Positions 19,522-30,108 of a DNA stretch of 64,000 nt are shown one piece after another. The notes below the pieces were generated by a model that made no database searches, was not told the DNA's origin, and was given only the letters and a program-made list of their open reading frames with translations. The stretch's first letter is position 1. Each line of letters begins with the position of its first letter. This DNA is from Obrimoposthia wandeli (Eukaryota). A program made the translations under genes and the position numbers. The stretch covers positions 558,001 through 622,000 of the forward strand of contig CDROCS010001101.1 in assembly GCA_977020255.1 (NCBI GenBank), read 5' to 3'.

Positions 19522-21489
19522 TTAATTATAATTACTTACACGTCCTTTAATCAATAATAAAATAAAATAACTACCACCGATAATAGAAACTAAAATGCCG
19601 GCAGCTAACTGTGCGGGATACAATACCACTTGGCCTAGCCAATCAGAGAACTGTACTAAAAAACCACCAATCAAGGCGCTTACGATAAGCTGCTGTTTGA
19701 CACTTTTAGCGCCTAACATGGCAGCCATATGCGGCGCGAGTAAGCCAATAAATGCAACGGGTCCCATGTTGGCTGTCACAAACGCGACTAATAAAGCAAC
19801 CAAACAAAGTAGTAACACAAAGGCAACAGTACCATTTAAACCACGTGAAAATGCCATATCTCTTCCCGCAGATATTAATGTGAGCCAGCGTGACAATGAA
19901 AATGCGACCAGTAATAACAGCGTCACACTGATTGCGAGTGTCACCGACTGTTCGGCGCTTACCCTATAAGTCGAGCCGGCCAACCAAACGAGGATGCCAT
20001 AAACGTCATCATTGCCTCGCGCTAATGCAAATTGCACAAAGGCTTCAATTAAGGCAGTCAACGCGATACCAGTAAGAATGAGTTTAGGTGGTGAGTAATC
20101 GTGTTTTTTGCCCAGTAGCAAGATAATCAATAACGCCCCCATCGCACCAGAAAAAGCAACTAACGGACCCGCTTCAAAAATAGTAATACCCCAAAACATA
20201 CTAGCAAATACCAACGCAAAAATAGCGCCTGCAGATATACCCAAAATATCAGGGCTAGCAAGGGGGTTATGAATCAAGCGTTGCAAAATAGTACCAGCAA
20301 CAGCAAGTCCAGCACCTGCAGCTAACGATGTTAAGATACGCGGCCATCGAATAGACCAAGAAAATGCATCAGGCCATGAAAACAACCAGCTACTGTCTTT
20401 CATAACAAATAAACTCGCAAGCAGTATCGAACTAATAAGGCCAACCAATATCGCCGTTATTACACGTTTTTTAAGATAACTAATACCTTGAGGTAAGCGA
20501 AATACCATTTGATCTTGCGCTTTTACTGCGCGGCGGCTAAACCAGATTAGTGCCGGAGCGCCAATAACGGCAGCAGCCGTGCCACTCGGTATGAAATCCA
20601 ACGTAAATTGACTCAACCAAACCGCGAATGCATCCGTTAATACTAAGAATAGAGCGCCTAATAATAAGCTGTAAAAAAGTTCATCCCGAGCCGTTCTAGC
20701 ACCTAAATACCGCGCAATGTTCGGCGTTAATAAACCAACAAAACCGATCACACCAACGGCGGTAATTGCCGAGGAAACTAACCACACACCTAAAAGTAAT
20801 AACAGCAAAAATTGAGGCATAATACTCAGACCACGAGCAGTAGCGCCTTGCTGACCAATCCGCATTAACGTTAGCACTCTTGGCGCAACCGCTAAAATGA
20901 CTAAGCCAACGCACATTCTTGGAGTTAGCCATTGCACCCAATCCCAGCCATTTTGAGCTAGATCACCAGCGCCCCATATGAACAAGTTTTTAGCATATTG
21001 ATCATTAAGTAAAATCACGGCTGTCGCGAAAGCACCAAGTAACAAATTCACCGCCATACCTGCCAGAATAACAGGCAAGCCCGATAGATTATTTATGCCC
21101 GTGATGAATAATACTAATGCCATTGCTGATAACGCACCAACCAAGGCAAACATAGTATTACTTTCAACGCCTAAATCAGGGAAAAAAACGGCGGCTAATA
21201 CTAACCCCAGCCAAGCACCAGAAGATGTACCAAATGTGAGAGGTGATAACAAAGGGTTTTGTGTCAATTGCTGCATCAAACTACCGACCAAGCCCAAACT
21301 TGCGCCGACTAACATAGCAACAACTAATCTTGGTAGTACGGCATAAACAAAGTCAACTTCAACAAATTCGAGCGGCTCGAGACCCGCTATTAATGTGTAT
21401 TGTTTCGTGATCGTCATATCAGTTTGCAACTGTAACGATAAAAACAGCGCAAGCATAAGTGCCAGCGCTGTCATTAAATACCTCAACAT
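19522..21489 (-). CDS. fhuB: Fe3+-hydroxamate ABC permease FhuB
   Basis: Two FecCD halves (LPRL..QQLTQNPLLSP; WPRI..QRLIHNPLASPDILG); start at MLRYLM. Confidence 0.92.
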   Translation of the reverse strand: MLRYLMTALALMLALFLSLQLQTDMTITKQYTLIAGLEPLEFVEVDFVYAVLPRLVVAMLVGASLGLVGSLMQQLTQNPLLSPLTFGTSSGAWLGLVLAAVFFPDLGVESNTMFALVGALSAMALVLFITGINNLSGLPVILAGMAVNLLLGAFATAVILLNDQYAKNLFIWGAGDLAQNGWDWVQWLTPRMCVGLVILAVAPRVLTLMRIGQQGATARGLSIMPQFLLLLLLGVWLVSSAITAVGVIGFVGLLTPNIARYLGARTARDELFYSLLLGALFLVLTDAFAVWLSQFTLDFIPSGTAAAVIGAPALIWFSRRAVKAQDQMVFRLPQGISYLKKRVITAILVGLISSILLASLFVMKDSSWLFSWPDAFSWSIRWPRILTSLAAGAGLAVAGTILQRLIHNPLASPDILGISAGAIFALVFASMFWGITIFEAGPLVAFSGAMGALLIILLLGKKHDYSPPKLILTGIALTALIEAFVQFALARGNDDVYGILVWLAGSTYRVSAEQSVTLAISVTLLLLVAFSLSRWLTLISAGRDMAFSRGLNGTVAFVLLLCLVALLVAFVTANMGPVAFIGLLAPHMAAMLGAKSVKQQLIVSALIGGFLVQFSDWLGQVVLYPAQLAAGILVSIIGGSYFILLLIKGRVSNYN

Positions 21490-21542
21490 CTCTCTTCCCA
21501 TATAACAAATTATTTATAAGTAAATACTAAACAAACTAAGCA

Positions 21543-22496
21543 CTACTGGTTTACGTCATCCACCTGTGTAGGTGCTAATGCTAATAAACTCTCAGTTATC
21601 GCTTCTGCCGTGTACTTAATCGACATAGCACCACCATAGCTCCAGCTTGGCGCGACACTATTAACGCGATTGGCGCGTACAAATGGCATCGAAGTCCATA
21701 ATCGAGAACGTGATAATGCCGCTTCTTGATCGAATGGTTCAAAATACAATACAGTGCCATCGGTGATGGTATGCAAGTCTGAAATACGCTTTTGGACGAT
21801 TCCCCATTGAGTCGAGGGTAAATCTAAGGCAGGCTTTATACCGAGCTGATCTAATGCATACTCAGCCATTGAATTGCCACCGTACAGGAACACTGATGTA
21901 GTACTTACAAAGCGCATTGTTGTTACTGCGGGCAAGTTTCCATCATAAGCAAGTAATAAGCGTGACTTCAACGCTTGGATCTTACTCTTCATCTCAGCAA
22001 GCTTTTGTTCAGCAATATCTTGTTTATTCACCACGCCCGCTAAATAGCGAAAGTTATCTAATGCAGCTTGCGCATTATCGTGCGAGGCACTGAATGTTTG
22101 ATAAAATAATACCGGCGCGATCTTCGCTAACTGATTTTGTAAATCAGCTTGAGGAGATGCAATAATAATAACATCAGGCTTTAACGAGGCTATTTTTTCA
22201 TAATTAGGTTCAACGCGCGTACCTATGTCTTGTACTTCATTAGGCACGGAGGGTTGAGCAACCCACTCTCTATAACCGGCAATATCAGGCATACCAACAG
22301 GGATCACTCCTAATTCTAAGATCTGCTCAGCCAGATCCCAATTAAGCACCACGACTCGTTGGGCGTAGTCCGGTAATGTCTTATTACCTTGGCTATCTGT
22401 TACCGTTACTTCGGCCTGTGAACATAACGGAAAAACGACCAATACTGTCGTCATAAATACTTTAATATATTGCATTATTCTTTGTCTTATTAACAT
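21543..22496 (-). CDS. fhuD: Fe3+-hydroxamate periplasmic binding protein FhuD
   Basis: QRVVVLNWDLAEQILELG, DIGTRVEPNYEKIASLKPD, WSYGGAMS; start may be 22475. Confidence 0.88.
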   Translation of the reverse strand: MLIRQRIMQYIKVFMTTVLVVFPLCSQAEVTVTDSQGNKTLPDYAQRVVVLNWDLAEQILELGVIPVGMPDIAGYREWVAQPSVPNEVQDIGTRVEPNYEKIASLKPDVIIIASPQADLQNQLAKIAPVLFYQTFSASHDNAQAALDNFRYLAGVVNKQDIAEQKLAEMKSKIQALKSRLLLAYDGNLPAVTTMRFVSTTSVFLYGGNSMAEYALDQLGIKPALDLPSTQWGIVQKRISDLHTITDGTVLYFEPFDQEAALSRSRLWTSMPFVRANRVNSVAPSWSYGGAMSIKYTAEAITESLLALAPTQVDDVNQ

Positions 22497-23257
22497 ACAA
22501 CAGCAACCTTTTCGTTTCGGCTAGGGTGATCGATTAATGTAATTTCAGTGCCATATAAATCAGATAGATTCTGGCAATCTAATAGCACGCTATGATCGCC
22601 AGTAAAACTCACTTTGCCTTGCTTTAACGCAACAACCTGCGTCGCAAACCTTAGCGCTAGATTAATGTCATGTAAGATGACAATTATCCCCTGTTTAGTT
22701 TCTTTGTTAAGCGATTGCAACAGCGACAACAAATCATATTGATGACTAACATCAAGTGCAGAGGTCGGTTCATCTAAAATCAACACTTGGGATTGCTGCG
22801 CCAATAACATCGCAATCCATGCTCGTTGACGTTCACCACCAGACAGAGTATCCGCGGTGTGCTTGCTGAAATGCGCAGTGTTGGTTTGCTGCATAGCCGT
22901 GGTGATAATATCTGAGTCTTGTTGGTTGTAGCGACCAAATGTGCCACGCCAAGCAAATCGGCCTAATCGCACAAGTTCTTCAACAGTCAACCCAGCCACC
23001 TCAGGTAAACGTTGAGGTAAAAATGCTATTTTTTGCGCAAGCAATCTGGTCGATAGCTCCGTCATCATTTGCGCTGAAAACTTCACTTGGCCACTATCAG
23101 GCTTAAGTTGACCAGCCAATACTTGTGCAAGTGTCGATTTACCTGAACCATTGTGTCCGAGGATCACGGTAAATTCATTGCTATCAATGCAGAGGTTATC
23201 GATCGACAAGATGTCGCGCCCTTCACGGTTAACAACAACGTTTTTTAATTCAAACAT
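22490..23257 (-). CDS. fhuC: Fe3+-hydroxamate ABC ATPase FhuC
   Basis: GHNGSGKST Walker A, LSGGERQR, ILDEPTSALD; true start MFELKN at 23257 after AGGA SD. Confidence 0.92.
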   Translation of the reverse strand: MFELKNVVVNREGRDILSIDNLCIDSNEFTVILGHNGSGKSTLAQVLAGQLKPDSGQVKFSAQMMTELSTRLLAQKIAFLPQRLPEVAGLTVEELVRLGRFAWRGTFGRYNQQDSDIITTAMQQTNTAHFSKHTADTLSGGERQRAWIAMLLAQQSQVLILDEPTSALDVSHQYDLLSLLQSLNKETKQGIIVILHDINLALRFATQVVALKQGKVSFTGDHSVLLDCQNLSDLYGTEITLIDHPSRNEKVAVVC

Positions 23258-23264
23258 TTGTATC

Positions 23265-24014
23265 CTATTTATTCTTTGGGCAATTCGCACACAGTTCACC
23301 ATCGTCACGACGGTAATGCATACAACAGCTAATTCGTTTAACTGACCATAAGTTAGACCTAGGTTCTTTATAAAGAGCACTTAAGTGTTTATCTGGTAAT
23401 TCGAGTGCTGAAAACCACAGCTTAGCCTGTTGATACACATCTAAATCGGTGCGTAATTGCTGAAATGCAATAAGGTTAATCAATACACTGTCAGCCAACA
23501 AATGCGCCACAAAACCAGGGCGTAAACGATATTGCTGTGAAAACTGTTCCCGTAAAGCGGTAAACAGTAATGTTAACTCGCTGCCTGCATAATTAATTAG
23601 CGCCTGTAATTCACCAGTAAATAAGCGCTTTTTAGTCAAACTAAACCCTGCGACTATGCCATTCACGCCCTGAAATTGACCGACTAAACTTAATTTAGGA
23701 ACTCCTTGTATGCCATAAGCACCAATGAATGCGAGGTATAATGGTTGCCATATCAGCATCGTCCAACCTCGCGTTAACCAATACGCAGAACCAGCCTCTG
23801 GGTGTCTATTTCTCCAATAATCATACAACTGCGTCATTGCCATTTGGTTGTTTAGCTGTGGATTAAACGGTGCTTTTTCTGGGCTTTCCAACACCCCTTT
23901 CAATAAAGGGGTGATAGATAAAGCTGTTTGAAAAAATTGGGTATAATTCACAGCCTGAATGTCAGCATCACTAGCTACTGGCATGAGTTCTTCAGGCATT
24001 ACATCTCGCTCCAT
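23265..24014 (-). CDS. FhuF-type ferric siderophore reductase ([2Fe-2S])
   Basis: C-terminal CCMHYRRDDGELCANCP = CC-x10-C-x2-C motif. Confidence 0.85.
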   Translation of the reverse strand: MERDVMPEELMPVASDADIQAVNYTQFFQTALSITPLLKGVLESPEKAPFNPQLNNQMAMTQLYDYWRNRHPEAGSAYWLTRGWTMLIWQPLYLAFIGAYGIQGVPKLSLVGQFQGVNGIVAGFSLTKKRLFTGELQALINYAGSELTLLFTALREQFSQQYRLRPGFVAHLLADSVLINLIAFQQLRTDLDVYQQAKLWFSALELPDKHLSALYKEPRSNLWSVKRISCCMHYRRDDGELCANCPKNK

Positions 24015-24045
24015 TCATATTGCTAGTCAAAAGTTAAGTTACGGG

Positions 24046-26193
24046 TTAAAAACTAAATTTAACATTGGCGGTAATATTACGTTCAGCACCGAACCAGCAA
24101 TTGTTCGAGTCATAACAAGAGTAATACTCCGTACCAAACAAGTTACTCGCTACAACAGACACACTTGAACCATCCAAGCTATCGCTTAAGTAAGACAGAT
24201 CATAAGAAATAGACATATCTACTAAGGTATAATCAGGTACTTGATCGGTATTAAGTGCATCAATCTGTGTTTCACCCACATAACGGATACCCGTTCCGAT
24301 AGTCGTACCTGCAGCCATTCCGTTATAAAGGTAATAATTTAACCATGCATTAGCAGCGTGCTCAGGCACCCAAATCGGGGTCTTACCCTCTAATCCAGTA
24401 CTATCTTTAGTCACTTCCATATCCATGTAGGTATAAGTCGTCGCAAGGTCAATATTGTCTGTCAGCATGATATTCGCTTCAATTTCGACACCTTTAGATT
24501 GCGTTTCACCCGTTTGAACTAGATCGTACGGTGAACCATCAGGATCCCGCGTTTTATCGTTTTTCTTAGTAATATTAAACAATGACACCACAAAACGTTT
24601 GCTCATGTCTGCTGATTCATATTTCAGACCTGCTTCCCACTGCTCGCCCGTTGACGGCACAAAAGCATTACCATGGCGATCAGCACCCACAACAGGTTCG
24701 AAACTTTGCGCATAGCTAACATAAGGTGCCAAGCCATTATCAAAGTTATATAAGCCACCTAAACGGAACGCAAAATTATCTTGTTTAATGGCTGCTGCAG
24801 TATTAGCGCCTGAAGCATGGTCTGTTGATGTCTGCTCATATTCATCATAACGGCCACCAGCAATCACAACCAAATTACCTAATACCAATTGGTCTTGTGC
24901 ATAAACGCCAACCTGAGTACTCTCGAGGTCTAAATCTTGAGAGTGAGTGAAGTTAATAGCACTACCGTCAATTTGTTGATGATTCGGGTTAAACACATCA
25001 ATTGATGGCCCCTTAGAATCTTTATAAACAACACGCGAATCAAGTTGCTGATAGTCAAAGCCTAACAGGACGTTATGCTCGAGTACGCCTGTATTGAAAC
25101 GCCCAGAAACTTGATTATCGATAACAAAGCTTGTTGATGTTTCATCGGTAAGGTAGGCATTACGACCAACAGTACGCATATCGCTCTGCAACGCAGTGTT
25201 ATAGGTATTTTCTTGGTAAGCATCGGCATCCATAAAGCGCGCATTCATCAAGAAAGCCCAGTTATTGTTAAACTCATGGTTAATTTTATAACCGAGCATC
25301 AATACTTCACGCTCATAGGTATTCCAGTTTTCATCACCAGTGAAAGTGCTTGAATCAAGCTTGCCATTCGGATTTGCTAATACACTACCCGCCCCAGGTA
25401 CTGACGTGTAAATACCAGCCGATGGATCATTTTGATAATAAACATTGAAATTAACTAACGTTTTATCAGATACCTGCCAATCTACTGAAGGTGCAAATAC
25501 ATAACGCTCTTCTTCAGAAGTATCAGCTTGTCCCTCTTTCTTTCGGGCTAAAGCAACTACCCGATAAGATAGGTTTGAATCTGCAATTTGACCTGTAGAA
25601 TCAACAGAAAGCTCTTTGTGGTCAGAACTACCACCTGTCACAGTCACATCGGTACGCTGTTCTTGTTGTGGTGATTTGGCAATAAGGTTAACCATGCCAC
25701 CAGGGGGGATGTTGCCATATAAGACCGAAGTTGGCCCCTTAAACACTTCAACTTGCTCAAGTGCAATAGAATCAATTTGCGGTTGTAAATTCCAACCGTT
25801 AAACATCAACGGTAAACCATCATAAAAGTTCTGATAATTAATGAAGCCTCGAATATTAAATAAGTCCTGTCTAGAAACGGCACCACCTCTTAATTCTGTA
25901 TTAACAGCGGGTACATATCGTAATGCCTCAGCAACAGACTTCACGCCTCGTAAATCAAGCGTTTCTCTGTCAACGTCAGTAATCGCTTGCGGTGTATCCA
26001 TCGGCGCTAATGCCGTCTTGGTCGCGGTATTGCGATATGCTTTCCCAAAAACAGTCATTTTTTCTTCAGTATTATTACTGGTACTAGAATTAGCACTATC
26101 GCTAATAGACTGCTCAGCAAATGCCGAACTAGATAAAGCACAGATAATGGCAAACGCCACAGGGGATAGTATACGAGTAGGTTGGTATAACAT
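24046..26193 (-). CDS. TonB-dependent hydroxamate siderophore receptor (FhuA/FoxA/DesA-like)
   Basis: Signal peptide, plug TPQAIT..ALRYVP, EQVEVFKGPTSVLYG, C-terminal CYDSNNCWFGAERNITANVKFSF; start ATG 26193 after GGAG. Confidence 0.93.
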   Translation of the reverse strand: MLYQPTRILSPVAFAIICALSSSAFAEQSISDSANSSTSNNTEEKMTVFGKAYRNTATKTALAPMDTPQAITDVDRETLDLRGVKSVAEALRYVPAVNTELRGGAVSRQDLFNIRGFINYQNFYDGLPLMFNGWNLQPQIDSIALEQVEVFKGPTSVLYGNIPPGGMVNLIAKSPQQEQRTDVTVTGGSSDHKELSVDSTGQIADSNLSYRVVALARKKEGQADTSEEERYVFAPSVDWQVSDKTLVNFNVYYQNDPSAGIYTSVPGAGSVLANPNGKLDSSTFTGDENWNTYEREVLMLGYKINHEFNNNWAFLMNARFMDADAYQENTYNTALQSDMRTVGRNAYLTDETSTSFVIDNQVSGRFNTGVLEHNVLLGFDYQQLDSRVVYKDSKGPSIDVFNPNHQQIDGSAINFTHSQDLDLESTQVGVYAQDQLVLGNLVVIAGGRYDEYEQTSTDHASGANTAAAIKQDNFAFRLGGLYNFDNGLAPYVSYAQSFEPVVGADRHGNAFVPSTGEQWEAGLKYESADMSKRFVVSLFNITKKNDKTRDPDGSPYDLVQTGETQSKGVEIEANIMLTDNIDLATTYTYMDMEVTKDSTGLEGKTPIWVPEHAANAWLNYYLYNGMAAGTTIGTGIRYVGETQIDALNTDQVPDYTLVDMSISYDLSYLSDSLDGSSVSVVASNLFGTEYYSCYDSNNCWFGAERNITANVKFSF

Positions 26194-26213
26194 TCGGACT
26201 CCAAATCTCAATT

Positions 26214-26244
26214 AATGCAAATGATAATAATTATCGTTTGCATT
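26214..26244. promoter_or_regulatory. Fur box upstream of receptor
   Basis: AATGCAAATGATAAT-A-ATTATCGTTTGCATT, 31-bp palindrome with one mismatch; core matches TGATAAT-N-ATTATCA. Confidence 0.9.
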
Positions 26245-26307
26245 GTATAGAGAGATTTAGAAAAAAGATTAACGATTTGGTGCAATAATTGAAAAGTTCA
26301 ATTTATT

Positions 26308-27270
26308 TTAACGTCGAGGTTCGATTGGTAGCCAATATTCCATATAAGATGTAGCGTCTTCAGGATCATAATTGGGCGGATAGATCTCCAATTCATAGCC
26401 ATCAATATTGTCATAATCTGAATCCGGTATCCAGTGTGAAAACAACCAAGCAAGTACTTGTTCTAATTGTTTAATTGGACCCGTAAAAGGTATCACAGCG
26501 TATTCTTGTGCAGGTACAGTAATCGTATCTAATAATGTCGAACCACATAAAGAATCCGCGGTACAACCGGCCCAATAAGGGATCGCATCTATATCATCTT
26601 TTGCTTGAATAACACCGATAACACCAATCAGCTCTATATTATCCGCCTTTGATGAACTTCCATCCAATACGGACAACATTTCAGCTTTAGGTAAGTTATC
26701 GACAAATTCAGACCAAATAAGCGGGACTTGTTGCTGGTAATTAGGCGTTAATGAAAATAGCCCTGAAATAACACCAGAGGTACAATGAAGCTTAAATTCC
26801 GGACGTGCTTCAATGCGGACTTGTAATAATCTGGCAGCCAAATCAAAACTATCTAACACGCGAGAACAGAGTTTGATGGGGGTGCGTAATCCAAGTCGTT
26901 TACCACGACGCCTATATGCAATAGGTGAATGTGCAAACATATTTTTAAATGTACGACTAAAGCTCACTTCAGAACTAAACCCGAGCGCTAACGCAATATC
27001 AACAACCCGATGTTTACTGCCTAATAAACGTTCCGCAGCTAAACTCAGTTTCAATTCTCGAACATATTGTGCGAGGTTCAATCCCGTTTCAAGGTGGAAT
27101 ACGCGCTGTAACTGCCAGCGCGACCAGCAGCTTTTATCCGCTAACATTTCGACTGATAACGGTTGGTCTATGTTTTCATTGATAAAATCCAACAACTTTT
27201 CGATGCGGGTAAAACGGTTCACTTGTTTTTGGTTTTCTTTTTGCATCGTACGCACAATACCTTTGGTCAA
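26308..27270 (-). CDS. AraC-family regulator with C-terminal GyrI-like effector domain
   Basis: SCWSRWQLQRVF, LGFSSEVSFSRTFK HTHs; C-terminal WLFSHWIPDSDY..ELEIY..EYWLPI; start may be 27246. Confidence 0.88.
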   Translation of the reverse strand: MTKGIVRTMQKENQKQVNRFTRIEKLLDFINENIDQPLSVEMLADKSCWSRWQLQRVFHLETGLNLAQYVRELKLSLAAERLLGSKHRVVDIALALGFSSEVSFSRTFKNMFAHSPIAYRRRGKRLGLRTPIKLCSRVLDSFDLAARLLQVRIEARPEFKLHCTSGVISGLFSLTPNYQQQVPLIWSEFVDNLPKAEMLSVLDGSSSKADNIELIGVIGVIQAKDDIDAIPYWAGCTADSLCGSTLLDTITVPAQEYAVIPFTGPIKQLEQVLAWLFSHWIPDSDYDNIDGYELEIYPPNYDPEDATSYMEYWLPIEPRR

Positions 27271-27305
27271 TAACCGAGGGAAATAAGAGAATCTATAAAA
27301 TTCAT

Positions 27306-27324
27306 TATAAGAATAATTCTCATT
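27306..27324. promoter_or_regulatory. Second Fur box upstream of AraC gene
   Basis: TAAGAAT-A-ATTCTCA 7-1-7 at 27308-27322. Confidence 0.7.
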
Positions 27325-27354
27325 TGTGCAATAAATCTAGAAAATAAATAGTGA

Positions 27355-28920
27355 CTAACCACCTTTAGGCATGTCAAAACTAATACCCTGTGCTAGAGGT
27401 AGTTCACTGCCGTAATTAATGGTATTCGTCATACGACGCATATAAGCCTTCCATGCGTCAGAGCCACTTTCTCGCCCGCCTCCCGTGTCTTTTTCACCAC
27501 CGAACGCCCCACCGATCTCGGCACCTGACGTACCTATATTGACATTAACTAGCCCACAATCAGAACCTCGAGCACTAACGAATACCTCCGCTTCCATCAT
27601 GTCTTTAGTGAAGATAGCGGAAGATAGGCCTTGGCTAACACCATTTTGAATCGCCAACGCCTGCTCAAGACTGTCATAGCTGTGCACATAAAGTAACGGC
27701 GCAAAGGTTTCTTGCTGGACAATCTCGGCACTAGGATCAATATCAATAATCGCCGGCGTAATATAAAACCCATGTTCGCTTTTACCTTTATTGCTTAAAT
27801 TCGCTATTTTTTGCCCTCCGGTAATCAGTGTTCCGCCTTGAGAGATCGCGGTATTAATACTGGCTTTCATGGTGTCGATAGCTTGCTGGTTAACCAAGGG
27901 GCCCATTAGATTACTACTATCAAAGGGGTCGCCAATACTCACGGTTTTATAAATCGCCTCTAACTTAGTAAGCACTTGATGCTTTAAGCTGCTGTGCACA
28001 ATCAATCTGCGTAATGTAGTACAACGCTGGCCGCTAGTCCCTAAAGCTGAAAAGGTGATCGCTCGAATCGCTAATTCAAGATCGGCACTCGGGCAGACAA
28101 TCATGGCATTGTTACCACCGAGTTCTAACAAGGTTCGTCCCATCCTCGCTGCAACGCGACAATTAACTGCACGTCCCATTGCACATGAACCTGTCGCAGA
28201 AACCAGTGCGATATCTTTATGATCTACCAATTGCTCTACTTGCGATTTTTCACCAAACACAATACTGCTCAGTTCAGGATTAGCGCCGAACTCTTTAATG
28301 GCTGACAACAATAATTGATGACAAGCTAAACCACACAATGGGGTTTGACTTGATGGTTTCCAGATAATCGGATTACCACAAATCAAGCTAATGGCAGCAT
28401 TCCAAGCCCATACTGCCATTGGGAAGTTAAACGCAGTGATGATGACAACCGGACCTATTGGATGCCATTGCTCCATCATCCTGTGATTAGGTCTTTCAGT
28501 CGCAATCGTTAATCCATAAAGCTGTCGCGACAAACCAACGGCAAAATCACACACATCAATAAGCTCTTGCACTTCGCCTAGGCTTTCTTGAAATGGTTTA
28601 CCGGCTTCAAGACTAATGATGGTGGCCAGTTGATGCTTTGCAGTACGCGCTTTTTCAGCAAACAATCTTACTAATTCACCACGTTGCGGTGCTGGCACAC
28701 TGCGCCAATGATAAAACTCTGCTTTTGCACTTGCTATGACCTGCTGGATAACATCGGGCTCGGCATGGCTGATTGACACAAACTTCTGACCATCATTAGG
28801 GCTAATCACATCCACTGTCGCATCGCTGTCAAAACGCTGCTCACCAAGATAAGCACTACCGTAGTGTTTATTTTGGCTATAAAAATCGCCTAGCACTGTC
28901 TTTAAAATTGCTTCATGCAT
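27355..28920 (-). CDS. ALDH7-type aldehyde dehydrogenase (aminoadipate-semialdehyde / P6C dehydrogenase-like)
   Basis: 521 aa; ITAFNFPMAVWAWN, LELGGNNA, GQRCTTLRRL, GAEIGGAFGGEKDTGGGRESGSDAWK. Confidence 0.9.
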   Translation of the reverse strand: MHEAILKTVLGDFYSQNKHYGSAYLGEQRFDSDATVDVISPNDGQKFVSISHAEPDVIQQVIASAKAEFYHWRSVPAPQRGELVRLFAEKARTAKHQLATIISLEAGKPFQESLGEVQELIDVCDFAVGLSRQLYGLTIATERPNHRMMEQWHPIGPVVIITAFNFPMAVWAWNAAISLICGNPIIWKPSSQTPLCGLACHQLLLSAIKEFGANPELSSIVFGEKSQVEQLVDHKDIALVSATGSCAMGRAVNCRVAARMGRTLLELGGNNAMIVCPSADLELAIRAITFSALGTSGQRCTTLRRLIVHSSLKHQVLTKLEAIYKTVSIGDPFDSSNLMGPLVNQQAIDTMKASINTAISQGGTLITGGQKIANLSNKGKSEHGFYITPAIIDIDPSAEIVQQETFAPLLYVHSYDSLEQALAIQNGVSQGLSSAIFTKDMMEAEVFVSARGSDCGLVNVNIGTSGAEIGGAFGGEKDTGGGRESGSDAWKAYMRRMTNTINYGSELPLAQGISFDMPKGG

Positions 28921-28939
28921 GTGATTATCCTCGTTGTTG

Positions 28940-28974
28940 AAACTACAAACTACAAACTACAAACTACAAACTAC
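28940..28974. repeat. Tandem heptamer (AAACTAC)x5
   Basis: Five exact copies in the 58-nt gap between two operon genes. Confidence 0.95.
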
Positions 28975-28978
28975 AAGT

Positions 28979-30079
28979 TTAAATACTTAATTCTGCGTCG
29001 CGATACGCTTTCGCAAAGTCGTTTGCTAAGAAATCCTCAATATTTAATGTTTCTTGCTCAACGAAACCTTGTCTTGATTCACTACCATTCAAAATCAGAT
29101 CAACAGTCGTCACAGCAGCACTCGCCGTCGATATTTGAATGGCGCTTTGCTCTGCGGTATGTCGGAGTAAAAAGGTGCGGCTACACTGTTTTAACCTATC
29201 ATCGACATAACCCGTGGCCACCACCGAAATCAACACCAGATCTTGCATCGTAGTTGCGACGGAACTTTCAAATATCTCCATCAACATATCGCGGCGCTTG
29301 CCCTCTTCGCCCAAGCGTAAGTCATGAAATAAGAACTTCATTAACTTGCAATGACCAGGATAACGGATGGTTTTATAAGTCAGCTCTCGTAGTTCCCCGT
29401 CCAAGGAGTAACATAGATTAGCCAGACCGCCAGAGGTATTAAACGCCTCATATTCGACGCCCGATATTGAAAATACTTCGCGGCCTTCTAGTGGCTCAGT
29501 TAATGTGGGGATATGGTTTTTAATTGATTCACAGGGATTGGCATACTCGTTAATTAAGCCTTCGGTAGACCACGTCAGGTTGTACATCATTTGATTGGAT
29601 GGATATTCAGGTAACGCGCCGACACGTAATTTTAGGGTATCAAGACGGTCAAATCGATGCCGAAAACTGTATCCCAAAATACCGATAAAGCCAGGGGCTA
29701 ACCCACATTGAGGCATAAACACCTGCCCCGGCGCTGCAGCAAGAGCTATTTCTTTAATGGCTTGAGTACAGCGTACATCTTCGGTTAAATCAAAATAGCT
29801 ACAACCATTATCAAGCGCGGCTTGGGCAACATAGGGGTTATCATTAAAGGTGAGCGCTGAGATAACCGCATCTTGCCCTGCAAGCAAGGCGCCATAATCT
29901 CTAGTTTCAGGGGATGCAGCATTGGGTAATAACTCAGTTTTAAATTGCGCACTAAAATGTGCAACAGCAGTGGGGTTGATATCTGCGCCAGTAACATCAT
30001 AATCCTCGTGGCTATTTAGAATTGTGGCTATTGCACCACCAATCCTACCTAGCCCTAAAACAACAATACGTTTTGTCAT
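28979..30079 (-). CDS. Saccharopine dehydrogenase family, lysine 6-dehydrogenase-like
   Basis: 366 aa monofunctional; GLGRIG Rossmann, YFDLTED, QCGLAPG, WSTEGLINEY, YKTIRYPGH. Confidence 0.82.
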   Translation of the reverse strand: MTKRIVVLGLGRIGGAIATILNSHEDYDVTGADINPTAVAHFSAQFKTELLPNAASPETRDYGALLAGQDAVISALTFNDNPYVAQAALDNGCSYFDLTEDVRCTQAIKEIALAAAPGQVFMPQCGLAPGFIGILGYSFRHRFDRLDTLKLRVGALPEYPSNQMMYNLTWSTEGLINEYANPCESIKNHIPTLTEPLEGREVFSISGVEYEAFNTSGGLANLCYSLDGELRELTYKTIRYPGHCKLMKFLFHDLRLGEEGKRRDMLMEIFESSVATTMQDLVLISVVATGYVDDRLKQCSRTFLLRHTAEQSAIQISTASAAVTTVDLILNGSESRQGFVEQETLNIEDFLANDFAKAYRDAELSI

Positions 30080-30108
30080 TTAAAACTCCTTATTACGGGT
30101 GTTAATCG

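Noticed and set aside
28915-29253. 112-aa ORF with TTNYKLQ repeats
   Set aside because: Antisense translation of the (AAACTAC)5 VNTR and the dehydrogenase gene.
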